Position numbers and translations under genes: made by a program. This document shows positions 12,386 to 24,712 of a stretch of 64,000 nt of DNA, piece after piece. The stretch is from Octopus bimaculoides. Lineage: Eukaryota. The stretch lies in contig NC_068982.1 of NCBI RefSeq assembly GCF_001194135.2, positions 163,293,699-163,357,698 on the forward strand. Direction: 5' to 3'. Below the pieces are notes generated by a model. The model saw nothing but the letters and a program-made list of their open reading frames with translations. It ran no database searches and was not told the DNA's origin. Each line of letters begins with the position of its first letter. Within the stretch, counting starts at the first letter, position 1.

Positions 12386-13408
12386 NNNNNNNNNNNNNNN
12401 NNNNNNNNNNNNNNNNNNNNNNNNNNNNNNNNNNNNNNNNNNNNNNNNNNNNNNNNNNNNNNNNNNNNNNNNNNNNNNNNNNNNNNNNNNNNNNNNNNNN
12501 NNNNNNNNNNNNNNNNNNNNNNNNNNNNNNNNNNNNNNNNNNNNNNNNNNNNNNNNNNNNNNNNNNNNNNNNNNNNNNNNNNNNNNNNNNNNNNNNNNNN
12601 NNNNNNNNNNNNNNNNNNNNNNNNNNNNNNNNNNNNNNNNNNNNNNNNNNNNNNNNNNNNNNNNNNNNNNNNNNNNNNNNNNNNNNNNNNNNNNNNNNNN
12701 NNNNNNNNNNNNNNNNNNNNNNNNNNNNNNNNNNNNNNNNNNNNNNNNNNNNNNNNNNNNNNNNNNNNNNNNNNNNNNNNNNNNNNNNNNNNNNNNNNNN
12801 NNNNNNNNNNNNNNNNNNNNNNNNNNNNNNNNNNNNNNNNNNNNNNNNNNNNNNNNNNNNNNNNNNNNNNNNNNNNNNNNNNNNNNNNNNNNNNNNNNNN
12901 NNNNNNNNNNNNNNNNNNNNNNNNNNNNNNNNNNNNNNNNNNNNNNNNNNNNNNNNNNNNNNNAATAACTCTATTTCTGAAAACCAGTGGATAGATTCCA
13001 CTGAAATTAGATAAATAACCTTCGAGCAGATAGTCAGCAGCGCCGCCTGGCTAAGGCTTGGCTACTCTGCATTGACAAGGGGCAACACCCTGAAACTAGT
13101 CTAGTCTGCAGATGCCAAACCAGCAGGGGGACGCTGCTGACCTCCCCAGTTCGAAGGTTATAAAGGACACAGGTTCGTGTGTCACATAGCTAGCTAGAGG
13201 CGATGGCTTCTTGGAGCTAATTCACGGCAGCTTTCGTCCTAATTTTGGGACTGCCATGTTGGCTTGGCGATAACTATTAATTTCCAGTACCGCTGCCGTA
13301 GTCTCCTTTAGAGAGACTTAGAAATATTAATAACTCTATATATATATATATATCTATCAAAACTTGAAATTCCAAATAACCAATATGTATAATAAATTTG
13401 ACTCTGCA
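12240..13408. mobile_element. Segment bounded by a 51-bp inverted repeat, interior partly in a gap
   Basis: 12240-12290 is the reverse complement of 13358-13408 with 1 mismatch. The interior is GC/CpG-richer than the flanks. Confidence 0.5.
13018..13158. mobile_element. Short TIR element (MITE) with TA target-site duplication
   Basis: TA|ACCTTCGAGCAGATAGTCAGCAGCG ... CGCTGCTGACCTCCCCAGTTCGAAGGT|TA. Confidence 0.55.
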
Positions 13409-13675
13409 TACACATACACACAAGAGGTTTTATGGTATATCATTATCATAATTTAGCATCTGTGTTTTTTATGTGACATCATCGCTGACAGGATCACCAA
13501 GTAACTTGCAAGACCAAAAAGGCAAGCATTATCAAGGTGGTTGTAGGTTTCAATTCTGTTTTGGTGGGTAGGTTGTCATTATTTACGACAAGGTGCCATA
13601 TATCCTGGTCCTTTGTTATCTCCTTCATAAGGCTCAGTGTCTTGATACTGGCATCTTGAGATATGTGTGTGTATG

Positions 13676-13715
<40 letters not shown>

Positions 13716-13730
<15 letters not shown>

Positions 13731-13880
13731 ACATGTCTCTTAAAGGATAGAGCTCAAAATCAATGCATTGAAGATACTTTATTGCAGCAACAATTATAAT
13801 AATTGTTGCTGCAATAAAGTATCTTCAATGCATTGATTTTGAGCTCTATCCTTTAAGAGACATGTATACATATATATATA
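13716..13880. repeat. Perfect 165-bp palindrome
   Basis: Arms pair without mismatch around position 13798. The ORF track shows the same peptide YMYTCLLKDRAQNQCIEDTLLQQQL on both strands. Confidence 0.9.
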
Positions 13881-13962
13881 CAAAAACTCAACTGTGAGTT
13901 TTTGGCTAAGACTGTTAACAGATACTATATATTTTGTAAAATTTGTTTTATAAAAGTATATA

Positions 13963-14009
<47 letters not shown>

Positions 14010-14439
14010 TATGCATATACGTATGTGGATATACAGATATATATATATATGTGTATATATATGGGCAGTTTTATCACATACACACGTCATACAAATCACT
14101 GTCAATATGATCAACTAAAATTCTTCAAGAGGATGCTGTAGCATGGCTACAGTCCAGTGATTGGAAACAATATGATAATGCATGCATACACATACATGTA
14201 TGTATGTGTGTATTTGTTTGTGTGACTATATATTTGTATGTATATACACGAAACAAATACAAATAAAACAAAACAAAAATTCCAAGGGTCGTTTATAGTG
14301 AATATTATTAGGTTGATGTTCCAAAATGGAAAAAGAGTCACAGAGCAAAAGTATGTTTCATACAGAGTCTAATATATATATATGTATGTGTGTGTATGTG
14401 TGTGTGTGTGTGTATGTGTGTGTGTGTATGTATGTGCAT

Positions 14440-14479
<40 letters not shown>

Positions 14480-14824
14480 ATGCATGTATCATTTTATTGT
14501 TTCTGTTACTGAGCTGAAACTATTGTGTTGAAGGGTTTTTAGTTGATTATATTGACAATGCTTTGTCTGATATTAATTTTATCAACCATGGGATATCAAA
14601 CTGACAGAAATGAATATAATAAAGTACTTATAGTTTGACATACTGATTTTTTTATTACACACACACACACACGTGTATGTATGTATGTATGTATGTATGT
14701 ATGGAGAGAGAGAGAGATTATCAATCTGGTGCTTATGGTAGTTCACAAGTAACAAAGGACACAATACCAAGATCAGAGTGAGCAAGCCAGCAAGTATCTA
14801 TTCACCCTTCTCTCCCTCACTCTC

Positions 14825-14873
<49 letters not shown>

Positions 14874-15980
14874 AAGGCATAGGCATGGCTGTGTGGTAAG
14901 AAGCTGGCTTCCCAACCATATGGTTCCAGGTTCAGCTCCACTGTATGGCACCTTGTGCAAATGTTTCCCTCCACCATCACCCTTTATCATTACCTCTCTC
15001 ACTGCTCCACTTTTCTTCCATCATAACAGTGATTGGTGATAGAAAGGACATCCAGCCATAGGAAGCATGCTAAAATAGTATGTACAAGGGAGACATGGTC
15101 TCTGATTTGTTTAGGAGAGTAGTAAGTGTTGAACAAGAATCGTCTTGGACTGTGATGGGCTAACCATCTCATGCCAACATGGAAAACCAAACATAAAATG
15201 ATGATGTGTAATAGGAAGTTTCAACTTAAGTATTAATTTAGATACAACAAAATAAATTTTCTTCTTAAACACACACAATCATCTTTCACTCTAAGTAACT
15301 TCATTTTCTCCCACTTCAGCTCTCTTTCTCTCATCAAATTGTTTCTTTACTGTCTGTCATTTCTCTCTCTCTGTTTTTTAAATTCTATTTTCCTTTCTCT
15401 TTCATTTGTAACTGTGCTTTCTTTTCTCTTTGTCTCTCTCCATCCACCCTGTTCACTCATCATATGCTAATTCTAAATTTCTCTTTACCTCCCACAACTC
15501 CTTAAAAATTCATGTAATTCTTCAAGTTGCTATTTGTTATGCAGACAATATAGTTTTGCTGAGTAAGAATTCTCCAGCTACCAAGTTCCATAGTTCCACA
15601 TATTAGTTTCATTCTGTCTTAGCTGTCTGAAATGGTTTATTTCTAAGAATTTTTAAGTATCTTAGCTATTAATCATTCAATAATGATAACAGAAATAACT
15701 TTTATAAATTAATTGCAGTGATTTTAATGCATATTTGACATTATAAATGCCAATTTCTAGTTAATGTTAAAAAAAATTACAGTGTAGTCAGTGAAGAAAG
15801 GGCATCACCTATGACACTTTTTAAGGCCTCTGAGACTGATGGGAGAATTATCTTCAGATAGGAGACCGCTAAAGATACCCAAGGGTAAGTGGTGGTATTA
15901 AGTTGGAGAACTAAGAGAGAAATAGTTTGGATGTCAACTACATATTAACAAAAGATGGAAATAAAATATCTCTTCTTTAA

Positions 15981-16196
15981 CCTTTTGGTATTTAAACTGG
16001 CCATATCTTTCCAAAATATTCTATTTGATGCTCATGTTGACCTGATTTGGCCTCTCACACCTACTCAGCAATGTCATTCTAAAAATAGAGAACCACATCA
16101 TCAAAATCTCAAAGCTACAAGATAATGCATGATTAATTCAAAACAATGTGAATAAATAAATATTACATTTGACAAAAGAATCTGAATGTTAAAAGG
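15981..16196. mobile_element. piggyBac-like MITE with TTAA target-site duplication
   Basis: TTAA|CCTTTTGGTATTTAAA ... TCTGAATGTTAAAAGG|TTAA. 216 bp, imperfect TIRs beginning CCTTTT. Confidence 0.65.
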
Positions 16197-17994
16197 TTAA
16201 ACATGTGAAATTTTTAAAACTATCCTGGCTAAAGTATGATAATAATAATGATGATGAATAATGATAATGATGATGATGATGATGATGATAATGGCGATGA
16301 TATTGTTGTCTAGATCAGTTCAGTAGAAGTAATCTATAGTTCAGTAGAAGTAATCTATAGGTTTTCCATCAAGGATAAGCTTAAGCATGATCAAGTCAGG
16401 TGTGAGATGATGTTTCATGATCTGCTACAAAGGTGGGTCGCATTAAATGCATTTTAAGAATGAAAGGGTTCACCATGTTGATGACAATAATGAAGTTTGT
16501 CATGATGCTGATAGCTTTAATGATGTTTCTAACTTAGGCACAAGGACAAGAATTTTTGTCAAGAACTGGGTGAAGTCAGAATGTGATTACTGACTTTATT
16601 TTGTACATCAGAAGAGTGAAAGATAACATTGACTTTGGTGGGACTTAAAACTCGAGACATGAAATTTGCTTAGCGGGTGCAAGCTCAAGTCCAACCCAGG
16701 ATGATCAGAGCATTTTCATTGCCCTACAAAAATTTTAAAGGGGTGCAAATGCACCCCCCTGCATCCCCAGATGAGTAATTTCTTGATTTAAAATGAATGG
16801 TAGGATGTAATTTGAGGGAGGCCTGGCTACTGTTTCTAACAGGTCAAATAATTGATTGCATAAGACATCTCGTAAATATGATAATAATAGTAATGATGAT
16901 AATTAGATAATAATAACGAGGTTGATGCATCATTATTAAATATGATTAAAATGCAAACTTTCTTTTTAGTAAAGTGTTATGTCACAATATTTATATGGAA
17001 ATGGTAGAAATATTTTTTATTTCTCCGGAGATACTGTCAGGAAAAAACAAGACAAAACAACCCCATCCTCTACCAAAAAAAAAAAAAAGAAAAAAGAGAG
17101 AAAATAAGAGAAAAAAGTAGTTGAGGAAAAATACAATAAACAACAAGATCACCCCGTCCAAAAAACAGGATTGTAAATTGAAACACACACTCATTCTTAA
17201 TAAAATCATCAAATGTATGGAATTGCAGGAAAGAAAATAGATTGTTACTTTTATACAGAAAGGTTCGGAAAATTAAAAAGAAGAAGAAAATTCTAGCTAG
17301 AGTATAATGATTAAACTACTACTACTACTAGTAGTAGTAGTAGTTGTGGCAGTAAATCATTTTTAGCTTTGTTTGGAATGATGACTTTGATAAAGAGGTG
17401 AATTTCAAAATGGGCAAATTACTACTTGTGTAAGGGTACAAAAAAAAAAAAACAAAAGAAAAAAACAGCTTTTTACAGAATAAAAACTTAACTTAAAAAC
17501 TACAAGTAAAAAAAAGTGGAATAAAATCCCAATAAATAATATAAAATTATTTTGTATTGATTCTGGTTATGTTAGTACAAGAACAAGTTCTCTTAATTGC
17601 ATATTATATAAAACAAGAAGTCCTCTGAAATCATATATATATATAATATAAATATCGTCTGAAAAGTCAGAAACTCTTCTCCCAAAGGCATCTGAACTTA
17701 AGAAACTTCTCATTTTACTAATAAATATATATTTTCACTGACACAGATCACAACTGACCTCTTAGAGACTTTTTTAATTCTTTTTTTACTAGTTTATGAC
17801 ATACTGTTCTTTCAGAAACTGCAGACAACCGTTTCCCTTCCCAAAGCCAAATACACAAAGGTTCACAAGTTATATCCATATCAACTTATGACCTGTTGGT
17901 ATGGAGTCTAGTTCTAAGTCAGGGAGCACCTATGTGTGCATGCGCGTGTGTGGGTGTGGAGGGGTGTGTGGTGGGTGATATATGTAATTTCTTT

Positions 17995-18295
17995 TATTTG
18001 TTTCAGTCATTAGACTGTGTCTATGCTGGGGTACCACATTGAAGAATTTTTAGATGAATGAATTGACTTCAGTACTTTTCTTTTAAAGTCTGGTACTTAT
18101 TCTATTGTTCTCTTTTGCTGAACTGCTAATTTATGGGGACATAAACACACCAACACTGGTCATCAAGTGGTGGTGGGGAGCAAACACACACACACACACA
18201 CACACAATGGGCTTCTTCCAGTTTTTGTCTACCAAATCCATTCACAAAGCTTTGGTTGGTCTATGGCTACAGTAGAAGACACTTGCTCAAGGTGA
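17995..18295 (-). mobile_element. Composite CORE-type SINE including its 3' tail region
   Basis: Shares blocks with 11925-12080, 24418-24712 and 28233-28445 (e.g. TACTTATTCTAT..TC.CTTTTG..AA..GCTAA.TTATGGGGACATAAAC). Confidence 0.7.
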
Positions 18296-18379
18296 TATAT
18301 ATGCTTAGCCTATGCTAGCATGGAAAAACAAGTAAAAAATAAATGGGCAATATAAATAAATGGGCAAATACAGACATAC

Positions 18380-18501
18380 ATCCCTGCCTCTTCAACACAC
18401 ACATATATAGTCTTGTGATCTAAACCTTGTAGTTCATACTGGATAGACTGCACATATAGTTTAAACAGCTGACCTCGTGGCACACTTGTCACACTTATTG
18501 T
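18380..18501 (-). CDS. Candidate coding exon, unidentified (TISVTSVPRGQLFKLYVQSIQYELQGLDHKTIYVCVEEAG)
   Basis: Acceptor CTTTCTACTGTTATTCTACTGGCAG, donor GAT|GTATGT. Only one frame is open, and it lies in the 112-aa ORF 18310-18648. Alternative upstream acceptors exist. Confidence 0.3.
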
Positions 18502-21500
18502 CTGCCAGTAGAATAACAGTAGAAAGTTCTGTTGTCCGAACAACTGAACTCTTATCATTGAAACTTGTGGCAAAATTAAATAATGTAACTGAAATAATTG
18601 GAATATGCACATGCTTACAACAGAGTGGTCTTTGTTAAAGGTATGCAAGAGTCAGGTTGTAATGTTAAACTGAGTAATGGATTAAGTTTACCCAGAAAAT
18701 TGGAAAAGCCCTCTTGATGTGCTTTCATACAGTTTCTGTCTAATTCAAAATTGACCTTGAATGCTTTGGTAAAAGATGTTTGCCTCAAACATCTCAACTA
18801 CTTGACTATGTCTGCACCTGTATCTTCCACTCAGTTGTATTATCTCTCATGGCAAAGCTTAACATTATGTAAAATATTTGCCACAATAAAATTAGAAATA
18901 CAAACTGTTTCCAATGTGAATTAGTTCAAGACTTCAGCTTCTTTTCTAGAACTGCCCTTTAAATCAAAGTATAAGCCTATTTGCATTCATCACAATTTCT
19001 TAAGTTGTTCAAAGCATCAAACTTTAACTTTGTGGAGTCAAAAGGCTTTTGCCACCAACTTCATTCTTGTTGTTAATCCATTTAACAAAATCAAATATTA
19101 ACCTGTGTAACACATACAAAAATAACATAGCTCTCCCTACCAATGCAGGCCTTAAATCAATGACGATGATGATGATGATGATAGTGAAGTTGCCAGAAAC
19201 CAACTCCTCACTCAGCATCACAAGGAAGCTAGCTGACAAAGATATATGGTAAAGGAGAAACCACCTCTCCTGTTCTGCAATAAAGATGTATGGTAAATCA
19301 GGAGAGTAGTAATTTACTTAAGGACAGGTTATTTAGTAAGTGAAATCTCATGCTAAAGCAAACAAACTTTGCTGCTATCTTTGTTTCTTAAAATTATTTC
19401 AACCCTTGACTTCTCATAGTCCAAAGTTAAAGCATTAAACCTTAACTATTGGCTACAAGATTTTGATTAATGGAACAGGCTAAACAGCACAACAGGAAAC
19501 AATGCTGAAAAACTTGGTATTTCTTACAGCAGCAGATTCTTGAATATATAGATGTGTGGTGTGGTGTGGTGTGTGTGTGTGTGTATATGCATGTGCGTGT
19601 GTGTCATATACCATATATATTATATCATATCAGATATATCTATTATATCACATATCATATCAAATATATGTATATATTAAATACATATTATACATACAAA
19701 CATGGACATATTTATTATACATTTTATGCATCTAATAATAAGTATTTGTGTGCATATGTGTGTGTGCATATCATATTTATATTATACATATTTTTTTAGC
19801 ATATATATGCATATATATTTGTTACAGATATTTATTATGTGTATGATACACACACACACACACATATATATATATGCACACATACATGTGCATACACATA
19901 CACAAACACATACATAACAAGCAAACAAAAACAAAACAACAAAAAATGTTATTTATTTCTTTTGTTCATTTGTTGGGTAGATGGTTGAATTGTGTTGAAA
20001 GTTGCTAGGTTACATAAGAGAAGATTTGGCTGGCAAGAGTTTGAAAATAATGGTGCAAGGTATTGCTGGAAATAAACATAAAAAAAAAGAAAAGAAAAAG
20101 ACTAAAGAATCAAAGCCATTGTTTGGCAAAAAAAAAAAAAAAAAANNNNNNNNNNAAAAAAAAAAAAAAAAAAATTCATAGCACATACATCACTCAGTGT
20201 GCAACCAAATTATTTTATAACAGATGACCATTGTGGATATCACCACAAAGTTCTTCATAAGCAACCCTTTTTCTTCTTTTCTTCATAATAATATTAATAA
20301 TATCAATAATAATAATAATAATAATAATCATAATAATAACAATAACACTAACAGCAACAACAACAACAACAACAACAATAATAGCAGCATAATAATATCT
20401 ATGTTTGTATTCTTATTTGCCATACTGAATTGTGTGTATAAATCTTCTTTTTCTTATTATTTCCACTGACAAAATGCCAAACCAAAAAGTAAATATATAT
20501 ATATAAAAAAATAATATTTGTATCTTAAAGCAGTTACAAGAACCATATTTTCTAAAAGAGTTAAAAAAGAAGAAAAAAAAGATTATTTGCACTAATATTC
20601 CAAAACACCATCTTCCTTCACTTATGATATGAGATGTAGATAGATAGAAAGATAGATAGATAGAAAGATAGATAGACAGACAGATAATAGATAGACAGGT
20701 GGATATAAAGAGAAAATGAGATACGATGCACGCAACTGGTGAACAGTTTGCAGATGCCGTGAAAAGCATTAGTGAATGTATAGATTCCACTCTTTGTAAT
20801 GAACTGGTAGCATTGATATTTGACTAACAAGATGGTGCAGACAAGAACAAGGTGGGTACTTCATGCTATTGAAAGACTGCTAGGTCACATATTCTTCTTA
20901 GTTAAAATCCTACCTGACTTCATATTGCATCTTTTGGTACACAGAACAATGGACAAAATGCCTTGCAGTATTTGTTCTGGGTCTTTATGTGCTGAGTTCA
21001 AATCTCACTGAGGTCAGCTTTGTTTGTGAAGGTTGATAAAATAAGTAGCAGTCAAGTGTTAGGGTTACTACAATTGACTGTTCCCTCTTTTATAGGCCTT
21101 GTGCCTACAAAATAAATTATTTTCATCATTACGGTGGATGATAGAATTAGTTGTTGTTTAAACAAAGTTCAGTCCTGATTAAGCAAATACATGACCAAAG
21201 GCAGCGCTGTGATGAGCATGATGTATTTTATTCACAAACAATGTAATGAGGACTACAATATCAAATATGTTCTTTATTTTTAAGATGGCAGTATGTGATA
21301 TGATATAAAGGGCAGGGAAATAGTTGAGTCATTAGAGCATCTGATAAATTACTTTGTAGTATTTGTTCCCACTCTCTGTGTTCAGAGTTCAAATCCCACA
21401 GTAGTAAACTTTGTCTTTTATACTTTTGGGGTTGATAAAGAAAGTACCAGCAGACTACCTGAGGATTTGTAGAATTTTTACAGCAAGAGACGAGATATCT

Positions 21501-21663
21501 TGGAGTATCTGTTCTGGCTCTTGGCATTTTGAATTTAAATTCTGTCTTCTTTATCGGCCCCAAAATGGGGCTTTTAAGACCCAACCAACAGTGATAGGCC
21601 TTGAATGTCAGACAGGGTAACATTAATTGAAGCAACATCTCAGTGGTATTTATATACTTGATG

Positions 21664-21790
21664 GAACCTTTACTGAAGTGGATAAAAAAATAGGACAAAA
21701 GACAAACATAAAAAAGTATATGGCATGAACCTTTACTGAAGTAGGATAAAAAATAAGACAAAAACAAACATAAAAGAGTATATGGCATGA
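21664..21790. repeat. Tandem duplication of an approximately 63-bp unit
   Basis: GAACCTTTACTGAAGT(A)GGATAAAAAA...AAACATAAAA.AGTATATGGCAT occurs twice. Confidence 0.85.
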
Positions 21791-22332
21791 CATATTCAGC
21801 ATTTATTTCCTTTCACACTCTCAGTTCAAATCTTAACAGGATTGGATTTGCTATTCATATATCTTGGGTTGATAAGATAATACCAGTAATGTAATGGAGT
21901 TAATTTGACTTTATACTGATCTCATAAGATGTAGCCTTATGCCAATGCTTAAATAATTGTGGTGTTTAATTTCATCTCTTCGTGTTCTGAGCTCAAACCC
22001 TACTGATCTTAACCTTGCCTTTCATCTTTTGAGGGTTAATAAAATAAGTATCAGTCAAGTACTGAAGGATTGATCTAATCAACTATACAGTTCCTCAAAA
22101 TTTGTGGCTTTGTGTTCACATTAGAAATCACCATCATCATCACAATTGTTGTTACAATTATTGTTATTATTATTATTATTATAATAAAGGTGGCAGATTT
22201 CATAATATGCAGAGAACCAGGTAAAATATCTCGTAGCACTTATGTCTTTTCATGTCATGAGTTCAAATCAAGCCATAATCAACTTTACCTTTCATCCCTC
22301 AGTTTGTCTATAAAATAAGCGTAATATATATA

Positions 22333-23292
22333 TCATCATCATCATCGTTTAACGTCCACTTTCCATGCTAGCATGGGTTGGACGATTTGACTGAGGACTG
22401 GTGAAACCAGATGGCAACACCAGGCTCCAATCTAATTTGTCAGAGTTTCTACAGCTGGATGCCCTTCCTAACGCCAACCACTCAGAGAGTGTAGTGGGTG
22501 CTTTTACGTGTCACCCGCACGAAGGCCAGTCAGGCGGTACTGGCAACGGCCACGCTCTAAATGGTGTCTTTTATGTGCCACCCGCACAAGAGCCAGTCCA
22601 GGGGCACTGGCAACGATCTCGCTCGAAAACCCTACGAAGGCCAGTCAGGCGGTACTGGCANNNNNNNNNNNNNNNNNNNNNNNNNNNNNNNNNNNNNNNN
22701 NNNNNNNNNNNNNNNNNNNNNNNNNNNNNNNNNNNNNNNNNNNNNNNNNNNNNNNNNNNNNNNNNNNNNNNNNNNNNNNNNNNNNNNNNNNNNNNNNNNN
22801 NNNNNNNNNNNNNNNNNNNNNNNNNNNNNNNNNNNNNNNNNNNNNNNNNNNNNNNNNNNNNNNNNNNNNNNNNNNNNNNNNNNNNNNNNNNNNNNNNNNN
22901 NNNCCTCATTCATTCTCACCACATGTCCATACCAGTGCAATCGTCTCTCTTGCACACCACAACTGATGCTTCTTATGTTCAGCTTTTCTCTCACAATACT
23001 TACACTCTGACGGGTATGCACATTGACATTACACATCCAGCGGAGCATACTGGCTTCATTCCTTGCGAGCTTACGCATGTCCTCAGCAGTCACAGCCCAT
23101 GTTTCACTGCCATGTAGCATGGTTGTTCGTACACATGCGTCATACAGTCTGCCTTTTACTCTGAGTGAGAGTCCCTTTGTCGCCAGCAGAGGTAAGAGGT
23201 AAGAGCTCTCTAAACTTTGCCCAGGCTATTCTTATTCTAGCAGCTACACTTTCAGCGCACCCACCCCCACTACTAACTTGGTCACCCAGATA
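22333..23292 (-). mobile_element. 5'-truncated RTE-clade LINE (RT C-terminus, 3' UTR and (GAT)n tail)
   Basis: Minus-strand peptide GRLYDACVRTTMLHGSETWAVTAEDMRKLARNEASMLRWMCNV...VQERRLHWYGHVVRMNE, typical of the region downstream of RTE/BovB-like RT. Interrupted by gap 22661-22903. Confidence 0.88.
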
Positions 23293-24417
23293 TGGGAGAT
23301 AATTTGATTAATTGTAGACCTCTACCATAATATGTGGCCTTGTGTCAATATTATGGAGTGGTAGAATTGATTCAATTGACCTTATTCCTTTCCCAAAAAA
23401 CCTTTGGTTTTGTGTGAGTTTAAGAAATCAATATTAGCTCATATTATTCTTCCAAATAAGCTCATATTGCCCTTCATTGTTATCCAATATTACAATTTTA
23501 TTAGCCCCCATTAATCTTCCTTATTGCACTATATCATTCTGTGATATTAGTCTATATTAAACGAATCGTAAATCGTCAGAAGTGGTATAGCACTAAACTA
23601 AATGTTTTGCAATATTTAGTTTTTGTACCTTTAGATTCTGAGCTCAAATCCTACCACAGTTATGTGTGATTTGATTAGTCCAGGGCTAGCTAAATTGGCT
23701 ATAATCCCTTACTTGCAAAAATGGTTTGTGCCTAATCAAAAGAAATCAATATTAGTTTATAATACTGTTCAATATTTTTTAAATATATTATTGTTTAATA
23801 TTAGCCAAGTTTTCCATTCAGTATCAGTCTGAATCAAACCATATGCACATATACACATAAACAAATATATACCCATACACACACATACACATATTTTCTA
23901 TGATGTTTTTCCTATTTTGGCATCTCACTTGAAACAATTGTAATTACTACAAAAATTTCTATGCCACCGAATCCACTGTTATTAAAATGGAATCAAGAGA
24001 GAAAAATCAAACAAATAAACATGTTTTTTTCTGTTTTAATGTAATACTTTACAGCATCAATATTGAATGCTTTGATAAAGGCCACTACAATAAAACATTC
24101 AGAGATTGGATGATATGATGTTTAGGTTGATACACCAAAATAGCAGCAATGATAATTGCTTCTCTAGACTTAAACCTTCTGTTGCTATAAAAAAAAAAAA
24201 ATTCTTTGATAAAATACAAGAAATTTTAACTACAAGTTATACAATACACTTTTTCATAAAATCGGTGAACTGAATTTCTTCCTAGTGTCTATTTACAGCT
24301 AAACTTGTACCCCCAGGATAGCTTAGAGGAGAGTATGATCAACCAATAAAGTGGGTATGATGAGTAAAAGCATTCCTCAAAAGGCATAAGATTTATTGAT
24401 ATCTCTTTGAAAATTTC

Positions 24418-24712
24418 TGTTGCCATGCTGGGGCGGGGCATTGCTTTAAATTTTAGTCAAATGAATCAACCTCAGTACTTTTTTTTCTTAGCCTGATACT
24501 TATTCTATCGGTCTCTTTTGCCAAACCACTAAACACATGAACTTTGGTTGTTGAGTAGAGGTGGGGGACAAGCACAAAGACACACACACACAACAAGCTT
24601 CTTTCAGTTTCTGTCTACCAAATCCACTCACAAGGCTTTGGTTGATCCAAGGCTTTAGAACTGAACTTGGAACCATGTGGTTGGGAAGCAAACTTTTTAC
24701 CATGCAGTCACA
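24418..24712 (-). mobile_element. Composite CORE-type SINE copy
   Basis: Same blocks as 17995-18295, with GGAACCATGTGGTTGGGAAGCAAACT at the head. Confidence 0.7.

Noticed and set aside
20715-20860. Possible hAT transposase remnant (TGEQFADAV...LVALIFD)
   Set aside because: Similarity is too vague to support without a profile search.
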